DNA of 64,000 nt from Ahrensia sp. (GCA_034519905.1 JAXHNY010000020.1:5498-69497); one strand, 5' to 3'. Positions 34,306 to 45,876 are shown, numbered from the stretch's first letter. Notes: generated from the letters alone by a model not told the origin. A program made the numbers and translations.

Positions 34306-35093
34306 TTAATTGCCCCGGTCATACTTGTTGTGGAAAAATCAAACGTTGCATCGCCGCTCATGCCAGCCAAAACCAAGTTTTTGTCGCCAATAAAACTCGC
34401 AAAAAGTTGGATTGTCTGACTAACAGGGTCCACTTCGGCACCGAGCCGGTCTATACGAGCGCGGTGAACTTCGCCGGTCTCATCGACCAAAAACGAAAAA
34501 TCCGTACCGACCCTGATTTGGCGAAGCCAGCGCGACGGGACCACGATTTCGATCTCAATTCTGCTATCATCGATAATCGTCATCAAGGGCTCACCCGCCT
34601 TGGGTAGTTCAGCCGCGCGCGAGTTCACCTGCGCTACGCGCCCATCAAACGGTGCTTTCACAACACAAGACCGCATGCGCTCTTCAATCGCATCAATTTC
34701 TGCCGCAGATTTTGCTGAAGCCGCTGAAGCTAAATCAACATCACTTTTACCTGCCGCGCCATTCTGATAAAGATAGCGCTTCTGTTTAAGCTCCACCCAA
34801 GCAGCATTTGCGTTGGCTTTGGTTGCACGCAAATCGGCCGCGTAGCGCCCGCAATCGAACTTTATTAAAATATCGCCTGCAGAAAATCGACTGCCTTCCA
34901 AAAATGGCATCTGAGCGATAGGCGCCACAATATCAGTGCTCAGATCTACGCGCGCCGCCGCCTTCACAACGCCGCGAACAACCTCCCCGCTCGCTGCATC
35001 CTGTGCAATGGCACACGATATGCTTACGGTAAGACTTAAGCCAGCAGACACACACGCGAAAGCTTGACGCAGACCAAAATAAAAAGACATCAT
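34302..35093 (-). CDS. efflux RND-type periplasmic adaptor subunit
   Basis: Signal peptide, FDC motif, APFDGRV, VDPVSQT, GMSG. Confidence 0.82.
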   Translation of the reverse strand: MMSFYFGLRQAFACVSAGLSLTVSISCAIAQDAASGEVVRGVVKAAARVDLSTDIVAPIAQMPFLEGSRFSAGDILIKFDCGRYAADLRATKANANAAWVELKQKRYLYQNGAAGKSDVDLASAASAKSAAEIDAIEERMRSCVVKAPFDGRVAQVNSRAAELPKAGEPLMTIIDDSRIEIEIVVPSRWLRQIRVGTDFSFLVDETGEVHRARIDRLGAEVDPVSQTIQLFASFIGDKNLVLAGMSGDATFDFSTTSMTGAIK

Positions 35094-35150
35094 AAAATCT
35101 CGGTTGTACGAATCTTGTTATGATTATCTTAGGTTGCATTTTTCGTCAAT

Positions 35151-35193
35151 AAAAAACCGCGACACAACCTTTAAGGGTGTAGCGCGGTTTTTT
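35151..35193. terminator. intrinsic terminator-like hairpin, bidirectional
   Basis: AAAAAACCGCG-acacaacctttaagggtgtag-CGCGGTTTTTT. Confidence 0.7.
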
Positions 35194-35475
35194 AGACACA
35201 ATTTCGAGCCGCTAAAACGCTGCGGCAAGATTTCCCCGGTACGCAATACCTGATCCGGAGCGAGGTTCATCTTTTTGCCTCTGCAAATAGGTTTATACGG
35301 ACATCGTTACCACGAGGTTATCGAGTGATTAAGCAAACCTAAATTTTGCATTTTTCTCAAAGTTTTTCGTATACGGAAATTAACCATATCAAGCGGCAAA
35401 GCAGGCCCGCGAGAAATGTGATTGATCTTCTCACCGAGATATTCAATGCTTGAGACAACCGAGCGAGGACATTTA

Positions 35476-36087
35476 ATGACCAAGTCAATATTTAGACCAA
35501 AAAAAGCACTTAACGGGCTTTTGTTGCTTACAACGCTATCGATTGCCGGGTGTGTCAGCACATCATCGACTGTGACAACGGACTTCTACACTGTCCGCGG
35601 CCAGACAAGTCAGCAAATCGACCGCGATTTGCGTCGTAAAGGACCGCTTAAAGGTCACGCACTGGCATCAGCAGCAATCAGATTTACACCCGTATCGGTG
35701 CTACAAGCGCAAAGCGCTGATGGGTGCCGGTTCAGTACCGCAAAATTTAAGGTCATCGCGAATATTACACTTCCTCGGTGGCAGGATCGAAATGCCACCG
35801 ATGACCGCAACTTGAGGCGTGCTTGGGATGGGCTAGCAACATACGCTAAATTGCATGAAGAAACCCATGTGAAAATCGCAGAAATCTATGCACAAAAACT
35901 CGGTTCAACGCTGATGGCATTGCCGCCACAAAAAACCTGCTCGCGGCTAGACAAGCAGGCGGAAAAAGTGGTCGGCACGATTTCGCGCGAACATGACAGA
36001 GCGCAGAAGACGTTTGATGCGCGCGAACAAGCCCGACTAGCGCGGCTTTTTAAAGAAGCCGAGCGTAGGTCTAGAAGCCAAAGCTAA
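35476..36087 (+). CDS. DUF922-family predicted Zn-dependent protease, lipoprotein
   Basis: Lipobox IAGC, Y.V.G.T...I...L...GP, ITLPRW, HEETH motif. Confidence 0.8.
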   Translation: MTKSIFRPKKALNGLLLLTTLSIAGCVSTSSTVTTDFYTVRGQTSQQIDRDLRRKGPLKGHALASAAIRFTPVSVLQAQSADGCRFSTAKFKVIANITLPRWQDRNATDDRNLRRAWDGLATYAKLHEETHVKIAEIYAQKLGSTLMALPPQKTCSRLDKQAEKVVGTISREHDRAQKTFDAREQARLARLFKEAERRSRSQS

Positions 36088-36132
36088 CAAAACCGCGTGA
36101 TGGAAGAGACCAGCACGCGGCATTATATAGTT

Positions 36133-37506
36133 TTATTTGTTGAGATCGGCCAAAGCTCCATCAAGCGCACGCTTGATGCGCGAAATCGCGAGATCAATGT
36201 GCTCATGCGTCCACATCAAAGGCGGGGACATGATCATGGTGTCCATGACCTGACGCATCATGATATTGTTGGCGATCGCGTTGTCACGCACGGCGATCGC
36301 ACCCGCGCAACCTTCATGGCGGGCTCTCGTGATTTTGTCCGCAACAATTTCGATGGCGATCAAAAAGCCAAACCCGCGCACTTCACCCACCAGCGGATGA
36401 TGGCCTATCGCGGCTTTCAAACTGGCCAAAAGATAAGGCCCCGTATCATTGCGCACCTTTTCGATCATGCCTTCACGCTCGATAATCTCAATATTGCGCA
36501 AACCCACGGCGCAAGCAACCGGATGGCCCGAATAGGTATAGCCGTGGTAAAACTCACCGCCCTTTTCGACGAGCGTCTTGGCTATGCGGTCACCAACCAA
36601 AAGCGCTGACAAAGGAATATAGCCAGAGGTAATGCCCTTTGCCGTGGTGATCGTGTCCGCTTTAATGTTCATGGATTGCGCGGCAAACCATTCGCCGGTG
36701 CGGCCAAAACCAGAGATAACCTCATCAAGCATGATCAGCACATCGTATTTTTCGCATATGCGCTGTATTTCGGCCCAGTAATTCGCGGGTGGAATTTTTA
36801 CGCCGCCCGCGCCTTGGATCGGCTCGCCGATAAAGGCCGCCACATTTTCCGGCCCCGCCTCCAGGATAGCGTCTTCCACGGCCTTTGCAGCGCGCAAGCC
36901 AAATGCCTCGTCGCTTTCACCCTCATGCGCCAAGCCGAAAGCATAGGGGCACATTACGTGCTTAATGTTTGGAACAGCACCATTGAGCTGCGTATGCATG
37001 GCGGCCATACCGCCCAGAGACGTCGCCGCCACGGTTGAGCCATGATAAGCCCAATTGCGGGAAATGATGATGTTTTTTTCTGGCTTGCCTTCCAGCACCC
37101 AATAATGACGCACGAGGCGCAGCGCTGTATCATTAGCCTCTGATCCAGATGAACCAAAGAAAACTTGGTTGATATTATCGGGAGCAATCTGCGCAATTTT
37201 TTCTGCGAGCAACACCGGTGTTGGGGTCGTGCATTTGAAAAACGAATTATAAAATGGCAGCTCTCGCATCTGCGCAGCTGCGACATCGGCTAATTCGTGA
37301 TGGCTATAGCCGATATTAACACACCAGAGGCCCGCCATAGCATCGAGTATCTCGTTGCCTTCGCTGTCATAGATGAAAGCGCCTTCAGCCCGCGTAATCA
37401 TACGGCTCCCAGCAGCGCGTAAATCCTTATGGTTCGTGAAAGGATGCAAATGGTGATCAGCATCCATTTTTTGCAGTTGTTCGGTCGAAAAGTTCTGAAA
37501 AGTCAT
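36133..37506 (-). CDS. class-III (omega-amino acid/polyamine) aminotransferase
   Basis: DAMAGLWCVNIG, SGSEAND, YHGST, EPIQGAGG, DEVISGFGRTG, TAKGITSGY, HGYTYSGHP. Confidence 0.92.
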   Translation of the reverse strand: MTFQNFSTEQLQKMDADHHLHPFTNHKDLRAAGSRMITRAEGAFIYDSEGNEILDAMAGLWCVNIGYSHHELADVAAAQMRELPFYNSFFKCTTPTPVLLAEKIAQIAPDNINQVFFGSSGSEANDTALRLVRHYWVLEGKPEKNIIISRNWAYHGSTVAATSLGGMAAMHTQLNGAVPNIKHVMCPYAFGLAHEGESDEAFGLRAAKAVEDAILEAGPENVAAFIGEPIQGAGGVKIPPANYWAEIQRICEKYDVLIMLDEVISGFGRTGEWFAAQSMNIKADTITTAKGITSGYIPLSALLVGDRIAKTLVEKGGEFYHGYTYSGHPVACAVGLRNIEIIEREGMIEKVRNDTGPYLLASLKAAIGHHPLVGEVRGFGFLIAIEIVADKITRARHEGCAGAIAVRDNAIANNIMMRQVMDTMIMSPPLMWTHEHIDLAISRIKRALDGALADLNK

Positions 37507-37688
37507 TGTTCTATCCTGATTAAAATGAGTTGATCGCATCAGGATTGAAAGGGCGGCGAATACCCAACCCGCGCACAAAGCAGAAGCAAGTCGCGGTGGC
37601 GTGAAGTTTTCGTCGGTTTAAAGATCATTCGCTAAGTGTACCAAAGCAACCGAAGTAAGCAACAAGAATCACATGCAAAATAATCAAA

Positions 37689-37845
37689 CCCCCTCTGTCA
37701 TCGACAATGACATCTCTCCCGTAAACGGGGAGAAGGGAGGATAAACTTGTCACTTTTTTGAGAAAAAGACCGGCGCAGAATACCAAAGACTATGCACCAC
37801 TCTCCCCCTTTACGGGGGAGATGTCATTGAAAATGACAGAGGGGG
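37689..37845. repeat. intergenic palindromic element made of two inverted ~45-bp hairpin units
   Basis: CCCCCTCTGTCATcgaCAATGACATCTCtCCCGTAAAcGGGGAGA at left; near-perfect reverse complement at 37801-37845. Confidence 0.85.
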
Positions 37846-37858
37846 ACCAAAAGGCAGG

Positions 37859-40670
37859 CTACTCCGCAGCCCTCATCTTAACCGCCGCACTAACCCTTGC
37901 TGCACAGAACTTGAACTCTGGAATTTTGCCAAAGGGATCAAGCATCGGATTGGTGAGCGCGTTCGCTGGGCTTTCGTTAAAACAGAACGGGATAAATACC
38001 ATACCATCGGCGACCTCGCGGTCGGCACGCAGCAGCGCCTGAATGGTGCCGCGGCGTGTTTCAACACTGATGATCTGGCCAATGTCCAGTCCCTGCTTGG
38101 CGATTTCACGCGGGTTCATCGCCGCAAAACCTTCCGGCTCGATGGCATCGAGCACATTCGCACGCCGCGTCATCGCACCTGTATGCCAATGCTCAAGCAC
38201 GCGGCCAGTGGTGAGCACCAGCGGATATTCATCGTCAGGTACCTCGTCCGGCGCATGAAGGTCAGCGGGCACAATGCGTCCGCGGCCGTCTGCGGTTGGA
38301 AATCCATCATAGAAAATGATCGCATCGCCTTCTGCGCCCTCTTCCATAACCGGATACGTAACCGAGCCTTCGGCCTCTAAGCGCTCCCACGGCATATAAT
38401 TGAGAGACGGCATAACTTGGCGCATTTCCTCATACACCTCGGTCACATCATCATAATGCCAATTGAGGCCGCAACGATTGGCTAGCTCAACAATCAGTTC
38501 CCAATCTTGGCGCGCATCACCTGGCATATCCAGCGCAGGACGGCCAATTTGCACTTGGCGGTTGGTGTTTGAATAGGTGCCAAGTTTTTCGGCATGGGCA
38601 GATGCAGGCAGCACTACATCTGCGTGCCAACAGGTTTCGGTCAGAAAAATATCTTGCACAACCAAATGATCAAGCTTTGCTAAAGCGGCGCGCGCATGGT
38701 GCTGGTCAGGGTCAGACATCGCTGGGTTTTCGCCCATAACATACATGCCCGTTACATCACCCGCATGGACGGCGTCCATAACTTCAACCACCGTTAGTCC
38801 GCGCACCGGATCAAGCGTACGACCCCAGAAATCCTCCATTTGATCGCGTATCGTCTCGCTCTCAACCGAGCGATAATCGGGATAAAACATCGGGATAAGA
38901 CCAGCATCCGAAGCGCCCTGCACATTGTTTTGGCCACGCAATGGATGAAGGCCAGTCCCCTCGCGGCCCACATGACCGGTGATAAGAGCCAGCGCAATCA
39001 GGCACCGCGAATTATCGGTGCCGTGCGTGTGCTGCGAAATACCCATGCCCCAAAAAATCATAGACCGTTCGCTGGTCGCATAGGTGCGGGCTACGGCCTT
39101 AATCGTCTCACTGTCGATGCCGCAAATATCCGCCATTTTTTCCGGCGCAAAGTCTTTTACTTTTTTGTTTAAGCGCATCAAAGCCAGACGCATTGGCTTG
39201 AATATATTGCTCATCATAAAGCTCTTCGGCAATTATGGTATGCAACATTGCGTTTAGCAGCGCCACGTCGGTGCCCGGCTTAAACTTCAGCGAATGCTCC
39301 GCATAACGCATCATATCTTGGCCGCGCGGATCCATAATGATCAGCTTCATGCCCTTTTTCTTCACCGCCTGTTTGAAATAGGTGGCTGCAACCGGATGGT
39401 TGGTCGTTGGCCGCGCACCGATGACGATCACGCAGTCCGCCTTCATGGCATCCATAAAAGGCGCTGATACGGCACCGGATCCCATACCCTCCAGCAACGC
39501 GGCCACCGAAGAAGCATGGCACAAACGCGTGCAATGGTCGACATTGTTGGTGCCAATACCTTGGCGGATAAATTTCTGAAACAGATAAGCTTCTTCATTT
39601 GACCCTTTGGCGGATCCAAAACCGGCAATCGCATTGCTGCCCTTGCCCTTACCTTTTGCGTCGCGAATTGCTGTGAGCCCCGATGCGGCACGCGCCATCG
39701 CTTCTTCCCATGTAGCCTCGCGAAAAATATCCGATACCTTCATGAAACGCATATCAATGTCGCCGGCCTTTGGTGCATCGTCGCGGCGGATAAGCGGCTT
39801 GGTCAAGCGTTCGGGCGACTGCGCGTAGTCAAAGCCGAATCGGCCTTTCACGCAGAGGCGATTCTCATTAGAAGGCCCATCGCGGCCATCGACTTGCACG
39901 ATTTTATTGTCTTTAACATTAACCGTGGTCTGACAGCCAACACCGCAAAACGGGCATACGCTTTTCACCGACTTATCGAAATCCTGAACAATGCGCACTT
40001 TGCCCGCATCATCCATCAGTGATTTTTCATAGAGCGCACCCGTTGGGCAGGCTTGCACACACTCGCCGCAGGTAACGCAAGTAGAATGCCCCATCGGATC
40101 ATGAATATCAAACACCGGCACACTGTGCGATCCGCGCATGCCCATGCCAATCACATCGTTGACCTGCACTTCGCGGCACGCGCGCACGCAAAGGCCGCAT
40201 GAAATACAGGCGTCAAGATTAACTGCAATCGCAGGATTGGAGATATCGTTTTCATGCATCTCGGTCGCAGCGCCGTCGAATTTCGACGGCAAGCGGTCGC
40301 TGCCCGTGATCGCAAATGTCTCGGCCCATGCCCAGAACGCGGACTTGTCATCAGGCCCTTCCTCGCGCGCAGGCATATCAGCGGCCAGCATTTCAAACAC
40401 CATTTTCTGGCTCTTCACCGCGCGCTCGGAAGTCGACTTTACCACCATGCCTTCGGTTGGTTTTCGAATGCAGGAAGCTGCTAGTGAGCGCTCGCCTTCA
40501 ATGTCAACAACACATGCGCGGCAATTGCCATCGGATCGATAGCCCGGCTTATCAAGATAACACAGATGCGGGATGTCGACGCCTTCGCGCTTAGCGACCT
40601 GCCAAATGGTCTCGTCGCCATGGGCGGTGACAGTTTTGCCGTTGAGCGTGAAAATGGTTTGCTTAGTCAC
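37859..40670 (-). CDS. fdhF: formate dehydrogenase alpha subunit (Mo/W-bisPGD, Cys ligand), frameshift near 39170
   Basis: 2Fe-2S (IPHLC, CRAC) and 4Fe-4S motifs, CPFCGVGC, CVKGRFG, CTRLCH, PLRGQNNVQG, LTTGR...HWHTG. Confidence 0.9.
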
Positions 40671-40689
40671 TTATCAACTACCTCAAAAA

Positions 40690-42372
40690 TCACAAATCTT
40701 CCCGAAAATGCGTCAGCAAATGATTGACTGGATTAGGTGCCGCCTGCCCCAGCCCACAAATCGATGCATCCCGCATTACCTGTTCCAAATCGCGGATCGC
40801 ACCCTCGTCTAATTTGCCATCAACGCGCAGTAGTTTGGCCAACTTCTCAGTGCCTCCACGGCAAGGGGTACATTGACCGCAACTTTCGTGGGCAAAAAAG
40901 TCGATCAAATTGATCGCCACATCTTTGATATTATCGTGATCGGAAAAAATCACCACCGCGTGGCTTCCAACGAAGGCACCATGTTTAAACAGACTATCCC
41001 CAAAGTCGAGCGCCACATCATCCATCGAGGCGGGCAAGATGCCACCCGATGCACCGCCTGGCAAATAGGCTTTGAACGTGTGACCATCGAGCATACCGCC
41101 GCTATACTCCTCGATCAATTCGCGCACGGTGATGCCCGCAGGCGCAAGCTTAACGCCCGGGTTTTTGACACGCCCCGACACGGACCAAGAGCGTGCGCCG
41201 GGATGTCCGGGCTTGCCTTGGTCGGCAAACCACTTTGGCCCCTTTTCCACGATGTCGCGTATCCACCAAAGCGTCTCCACATTGTGGTTTAGCGTTGGAC
41301 GGCCAAAAAGACCCACTTGAGCAATATAAGGTGGGCGATGACGAGGCAGGCCCCGCTTGCCTTCAATCGACTCAATCATCGCGCTTTCTTCACCGCAGAT
41401 ATAAGCGCCTGCCCCACGCCGCAGTTCGATAAACCCTGGCTCAATGAGTTCAGCAAGCTCAAGCGCCTCAATTTCCGCTCGCAAAATTGCAAGCACAGCC
41501 GGATATTCATCGCGCATGTAGAGATAAATCCGCGTGGCTTCGACAGCATGGGCTGCGATGATCGCACCCTCAAACATGCGGTGAGGATCGCGCTCCAAAT
41601 AGTGGCGGTCTTTAAAGGTGCCCGGCTCGCCCTCATCGCCATTGATTGTCATCAAGCGAGGCCCGGGATATGACCGCACAAAACCCCATTTTTTGCCCGC
41701 TGGAAACCCTGCACCGCCAAGACCGCGCAATCCCGCATCCGAGAGCATTTGCATCAAATCATCAGGCGTTACGTCACCGCCGCGCACCCGCGCCAAAAGC
41801 TTATAGCCACCTGCCTCGCGGTAGGCATTTAAATTGACATAATCTGGCACCAAAACATCAAACGCCCCCGTGTCTGCCATCTCTAGCAGCTTATCGCATG
41901 ATGCATCGTCAACCTCACGATCACCGATTCGTGCTGCGGGAGCCGTTGCACAGCGCCCCATGCAGGGCGCACGCAAAATACGGATGAGATCAGGGTTAGC
42001 GCTCTCTTCAAGGTCGGCGATAATATCGTTTGCACCGTTCATCATGCATGAAACCGAGTCGCAGACGCGGATCGTCAATGGCGCTGGTTTCGCATCGCCT
42101 TCGCGCACCACATCAAAATGGTCATAGAACGAGGCCACTTCATAAACTTCTGCTTGGGAAAGCCGCATTTCTTCGCCGAGCGCACGAATGTGGCGCGCCT
42201 CAATACAGCCAAACATATCTTGGATCAGATGCAGATTTTCAATCAACCGATCTCGCGCCAGTGAAGCGCCTGCAAGTGCAACGCGTACCTCGTCTAGCGA
42301 AGCGTCATCCAGCTGTCGACCTTTGGGCAGGCCAACTTTACGACCTTTGCCAATACGCGGCATTTCGTTCAT
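40690..42372 (-). CDS. formate dehydrogenase NAD(H)/FMN-binding subunit (NuoE-NuoF-like fusion)
   Basis: PKGRQ, VASFYDHF, CDSVSC, GLRGLGGAGFP, DEGEPGTFKDR, GAGAYICGEE, ESCGQCTPCR. Confidence 0.9.
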   Translation of the reverse strand: MNEMPRIGKGRKVGLPKGRQLDDASLDEVRVALAGASLARDRLIENLHLIQDMFGCIEARHIRALGEEMRLSQAEVYEVASFYDHFDVVREGDAKPAPLTIRVCDSVSCMMNGANDIIADLEESANPDLIRILRAPCMGRCATAPAARIGDREVDDASCDKLLEMADTGAFDVLVPDYVNLNAYREAGGYKLLARVRGGDVTPDDLMQMLSDAGLRGLGGAGFPAGKKWGFVRSYPGPRLMTINGDEGEPGTFKDRHYLERDPHRMFEGAIIAAHAVEATRIYLYMRDEYPAVLAILRAEIEALELAELIEPGFIELRRGAGAYICGEESAMIESIEGKRGLPRHRPPYIAQVGLFGRPTLNHNVETLWWIRDIVEKGPKWFADQGKPGHPGARSWSVSGRVKNPGVKLAPAGITVRELIEEYSGGMLDGHTFKAYLPGGASGGILPASMDDVALDFGDSLFKHGAFVGSHAVVIFSDHDNIKDVAINLIDFFAHESCGQCTPCRGGTEKLAKLLRVDGKLDEGAIRDLEQVMRDASICGLGQAAPNPVNHLLTHFREDL

Positions 42373-42539
42373 GCGGATGCTCCCAACGTCTTCTGCCAAT
42401 ACACTGCAGCAAGCCGAACCTAGGGGCTTTTCTTCCTGCGTCAATCCACTTCGTTCAACAACTGAAAATGAGTTGCCACAGCCGACAGCTGCATCAGGAA
42501 TAACGATTATCAACCGTCCAAAAAACGCTGATTGCAATG

Positions 42540-42559
42540 ATATAAAGATTTGTTTATGT
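42540..42559. promoter_or_regulatory. palindromic operator, SahR/SamR-like
   Basis: ATATAAAgatttgTTTATGT between divergent fdh and bmt genes; similar motif at 48566 and 55998. Confidence 0.55.
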
Positions 42560-42588
42560 GGTTATGTCAAATAAACTCGGAGTAAAGC

Positions 42589-43614
42589 ATGTCCCACCCC
42601 ACGCCCCTTGCAGATTTTATCGCAGAAAAAGGCATATTGCTCGCCGATGGTGCGACGGGCACAAACCTGTTTGCCATGGGCTTGGAATCAGGCGATGCGC
42701 CAGAACTTTGGAACACCGACGCACCACACAAAATCGTCAAATTGCACCAAGATTTTGTGGATGCGGGCGCAGATATTATTCTGACAAATTCGTTCGGCGG
42801 CACAGCTCAACGGTTAAAGCTGCACAAGGCTGAAAACCGCGTTTATGAGCTCAACAAAGCTGCCGCTGAAATCGCGCGCGATGTCGCAGGCAAAGCCGGT
42901 CGCCGTGTGTTGGTGGCTGGATCAGTCGGCCCGACGGGCGAACTATTAGAGCCGCTGGGCGCGCTGACTTTTGATGTGGCCGTTGCCTCTTTTCGCGACC
43001 AAATAAAAGGTCTTAAAGAAGGCGGCGCAGACGTCATTTGGATCGAAACCATGTCCGCCGTCGGCGAAATGCAAGCCGCCGCCCAAGCGGCGATTGCCGA
43101 AGACATCGAATATGTGGTGACTGGCTCGTTTGATACGGCTGGCAAAACCATGATGGGCCTTCATCCCGCCGAAATGGGCGGTGTTTTTGCGCAAATCGAG
43201 CAGAAGCCTACTGCTTACGGCGCAAATTGCGGTGTTGGTGCTTCGGATATTCTATCCACCTTGTTGGACATGCAAGGCGCCGCACCAAACGATAAAATCG
43301 TGATCAAGGGCAACTGCGGTATTCCACAATTTCAAGGCGAAAAAATCGTCTATTCAGGAACACCAGACTTGATGGCAGCCTATGTGCGTCTGGCCATCGA
43401 TGGCGGCGCTTCGATCATTGGCGGGTGCTGCGGCACATCGTGCGAACATCTGGCCGCCATGCGCGTTGCAATCGACGGCCATACCAAAGGCCAAAAACCG
43501 ACACTCGAATTGATTTGCGAACAAATAGGCCCCATGCGTAACACGAAGGCAGCCGCCGAGGGCGAAGGCCCAACCCGTGTACGTCGTGAAGGCGGACGTC
43601 GCAAACGAGACTAA
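42589..43614 (+). CDS. bmt: homocysteine S-methyltransferase (stand-alone Hcy-binding domain, Bmt-like)
   Basis: LADGATGTNL, AGADIILTNSFGG, IETMS, GANCGVG, IIGGCCGT zinc ligands. Confidence 0.88.
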   Translation: MSHPTPLADFIAEKGILLADGATGTNLFAMGLESGDAPELWNTDAPHKIVKLHQDFVDAGADIILTNSFGGTAQRLKLHKAENRVYELNKAAAEIARDVAGKAGRRVLVAGSVGPTGELLEPLGALTFDVAVASFRDQIKGLKEGGADVIWIETMSAVGEMQAAAQAAIAEDIEYVVTGSFDTAGKTMMGLHPAEMGGVFAQIEQKPTAYGANCGVGASDILSTLLDMQGAAPNDKIVIKGNCGIPQFQGEKIVYSGTPDLMAAYVRLAIDGGASIIGGCCGTSCEHLAAMRVAIDGHTKGQKPTLELICEQIGPMRNTKAAAEGEGPTRVRREGGRRKRD

Positions 43615-43617
43615 ACA

Positions 43618-43941
43618 ATGGTTTTTTTGAACCACAACATCAAAATCATCTGGTGGCTGACAGGTTTCGCCACCACATGTTTATCTTGGCTTTTTGTGAC
43701 GAAATTAGATTTCGGCGGCGTTATTCAGCGCGTTTTTGAGCCCTTTTTAGACATCATATTTTACATATCGGTTGGTCTAAGCGCGATTGCTTTATTTATC
43801 GCAGCTCTGTCGGCTGTTGTGAAACACCCTGCCAGCACAAAATTTTTAGTGCGCAGCTGGTTTGTCTATGTAGGCGTATTTTTGCTTTTTTGTGCTGGCT
43901 CAGCCTATTTCTTAAGCATGCTCACATTCACGATTATCTAA
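43618..43941 (+). CDS. small three-TM membrane protein
   Basis: 107-aa hydrophobic ORF starting 3 nt after bmt. Confidence 0.55.
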   Translation: MVFLNHNIKIIWWLTGFATTCLSWLFVTKLDFGGVIQRVFEPFLDIIFYISVGLSAIALFIAALSAVVKHPASTKFLVRSWFVYVGVFLLFCAGSAYFLSMLTFTII

Positions 43942-44770
43942 GCCTTTCGGCATGCCATTGAAAATGATTGGGCAGAAAACTCGACACAAAATAATAGGAA
44001 TGATCATAGCCATCGCGCATGTTGATTTCCACTTTTTGGGTGCTGGTCGCACAGGCCGCCGCAAAACGATGCGTTTGAAGCTGCTCAACGAGGAAATTAT
44101 CCGCCATCCCCTGATCGACAAGTATTTCCACATCCGACGGGTGTGCCACCGCCAAGTGGCACGCATCATGCGCTGACCATAGGGTTTGATCATCGCCCAA
44201 ATAGGCCGCAAAAGCCTTTTGGCCCCATGGCACAGCGGCGGGATTGACGATGGGCGCAAAGGCTGAAACCGACTTGAAGCGTCCCGGATTTTTGAGGTGC
44301 AATGTAATCGCGCCATGCCCGCCCATCGAATGACCGGTAATGCCTTGGCGCCGCATATCAGCGTTGGGAAACTCTGCCGCAATCAACGCGGGCAACTCAT
44401 CGATGATGTAGCTTTCCATTTGGAAATGTTTGGCCCAAGGCTCCTGCGTCGCATTGATGTAAAAGCCAGCGCCCTGCCCCAAATCATAGGCCGCGTCATT
44501 GGCCACATCATCGCCGCGCGGCGATGTATCGGGCGCGATGACCATAATGCCGTGCTCGGCGGCTAAACGCAAAATGCCGCCTTTTTCCATCACATTTGAC
44601 CAATTGCAGGTCAGACCCGATAAATACCACAGCACGGGCACTGACCCATCTTTGGCCTGCGCCGGAGTAAAAACCGCAAACCGCATGGTGCAGTTACAAG
44701 TGGCGCTGGCGTGATCAAAAACCTCCAGCTTGCCACCAAACGCAGCCGCGGATTGGACAGTGTGCATCAA
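43934..44770 (-). CDS. fghA: S-formylglutathione hydrolase
   Basis: [37 protein letters not shown]. Confidence 0.95.
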   Translation of the reverse strand: MMHTVQSAAAFGGKLEVFDHASATCNCTMRFAVFTPAQAKDGSVPVLWYLSGLTCNWSNVMEKGGILRLAAEHGIMVIAPDTSPRGDDVANDAAYDLGQGAGFYINATQEPWAKHFQMESYIIDELPALIAAEFPNADMRRQGITGHSMGGHGAITLHLKNPGRFKSVSAFAPIVNPAAVPWGQKAFAAYLGDDQTLWSAHDACHLAVAHPSDVEILVDQGMADNFLVEQLQTHRFAAACATSTQKVEINMRDGYDHSYYFVSSFLPNHFQWHAERLR

Positions 44771-45876
44771 TACAGCACCACAGACCGAATGCTCGTTCCC
44801 GCGTGCATCAGATCAAAGCCTTTATTGATATCTTCCAGCGGCATCGTATGCGTGATCAAACTATCGATATCGATGCGCCCTTCCATATACATGTCAACGA
44901 TCTTTGGCACATCGGTGCGACCGCGCGCGCCGCCGAAGGCTGACCCGCGCCACGAACGACCTGTGACCAACTGGAATGGCCGTGTCGAAATTTCTGCGCC
45001 CGCAGGCGCAACACCGATGATGATGCTTTCGCCCCAGCCTTTGTGGCAACATTCCAGTGCCGTGCGCATAACATTTGTGTTGCCGATGCACTCAAACGAA
45101 TAATCTGCGCCGCCACCCGTCAACTCGACCAAATGACCGGTTAAATCGCCGCTCACGTCTTTTGGGTTCACAAAATGCGTCATGCCAAATTGGCGGGCGA
45201 TCTGCTCTTTGGCCGGATTCATATCAACACCGATGATCTGGCGCGCGCCAACCATGCGCAAACCTTGAATGACGTTGAGCCCGATGCCACCAAGCCCAAA
45301 CACCACAGCGGTGGAATTTGGCTCGACCTTGGCCGTAAACATCACAGCACCGATGCCCGTGGTAACACCGCAACCAATATAACAAATTTTATCAAACGGC
45401 GCATCTTTGCGCACTTTGGCCAACGAAATTTCTGGCAAAACCGAGTAATTGGAAAACGTCGAACACCCCATATAATGCAAGATCGGTATACCTTTGTAGG
45501 AGAACCGACTTGTGCCATCGGGCATAACACCGCGCCCTTGTGTCGAGCGGATTTTTTGGCACAGATTGGTCTTTGGGTTGAGGCAATATTCGCACTCACG
45601 GCATTCAGGCGTGTAAAGCGGGATGACATGGTCACCCACTTGTAGATCCTTCACGCCAGGCCCAACTTCCACCACAATGCCTGCGCCCTCGTGGCCTAAA
45701 ATGGCGGGAAACGCGCCTTCTGGATCTGCGCCCGATTTGGTGAATTCATCGGTATGGCAAATGCCCGTCGCCTTCATTTCGACCAGCACTTCGCCATGCT
45801 TTGGCCCTTCGAGATCAACCTCAACGACTTCCAAGGGTTTACCTGCTTCAAACGCAACCGCTGCACGTGTTTTCAT
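44767..45876 (-). CDS. frmA: S-(hydroxymethyl)glutathione dehydrogenase / class III alcohol dehydrogenase
   Basis: [45 protein letters not shown]. Confidence 0.96.
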   Translation of the reverse strand: MKTRAAVAFEAGKPLEVVEVDLEGPKHGEVLVEMKATGICHTDEFTKSGADPEGAFPAILGHEGAGIVVEVGPGVKDLQVGDHVIPLYTPECRECEYCLNPKTNLCQKIRSTQGRGVMPDGTSRFSYKGIPILHYMGCSTFSNYSVLPEISLAKVRKDAPFDKICYIGCGVTTGIGAVMFTAKVEPNSTAVVFGLGGIGLNVIQGLRMVGARQIIGVDMNPAKEQIARQFGMTHFVNPKDVSGDLTGHLVELTGGGADYSFECIGNTNVMRTALECCHKGWGESIIIGVAPAGAEISTRPFQLVTGRSWRGSAFGGARGRTDVPKIVDMYMEGRIDIDSLITHTMPLEDINKGFDLMHAGTSIRSVVLY

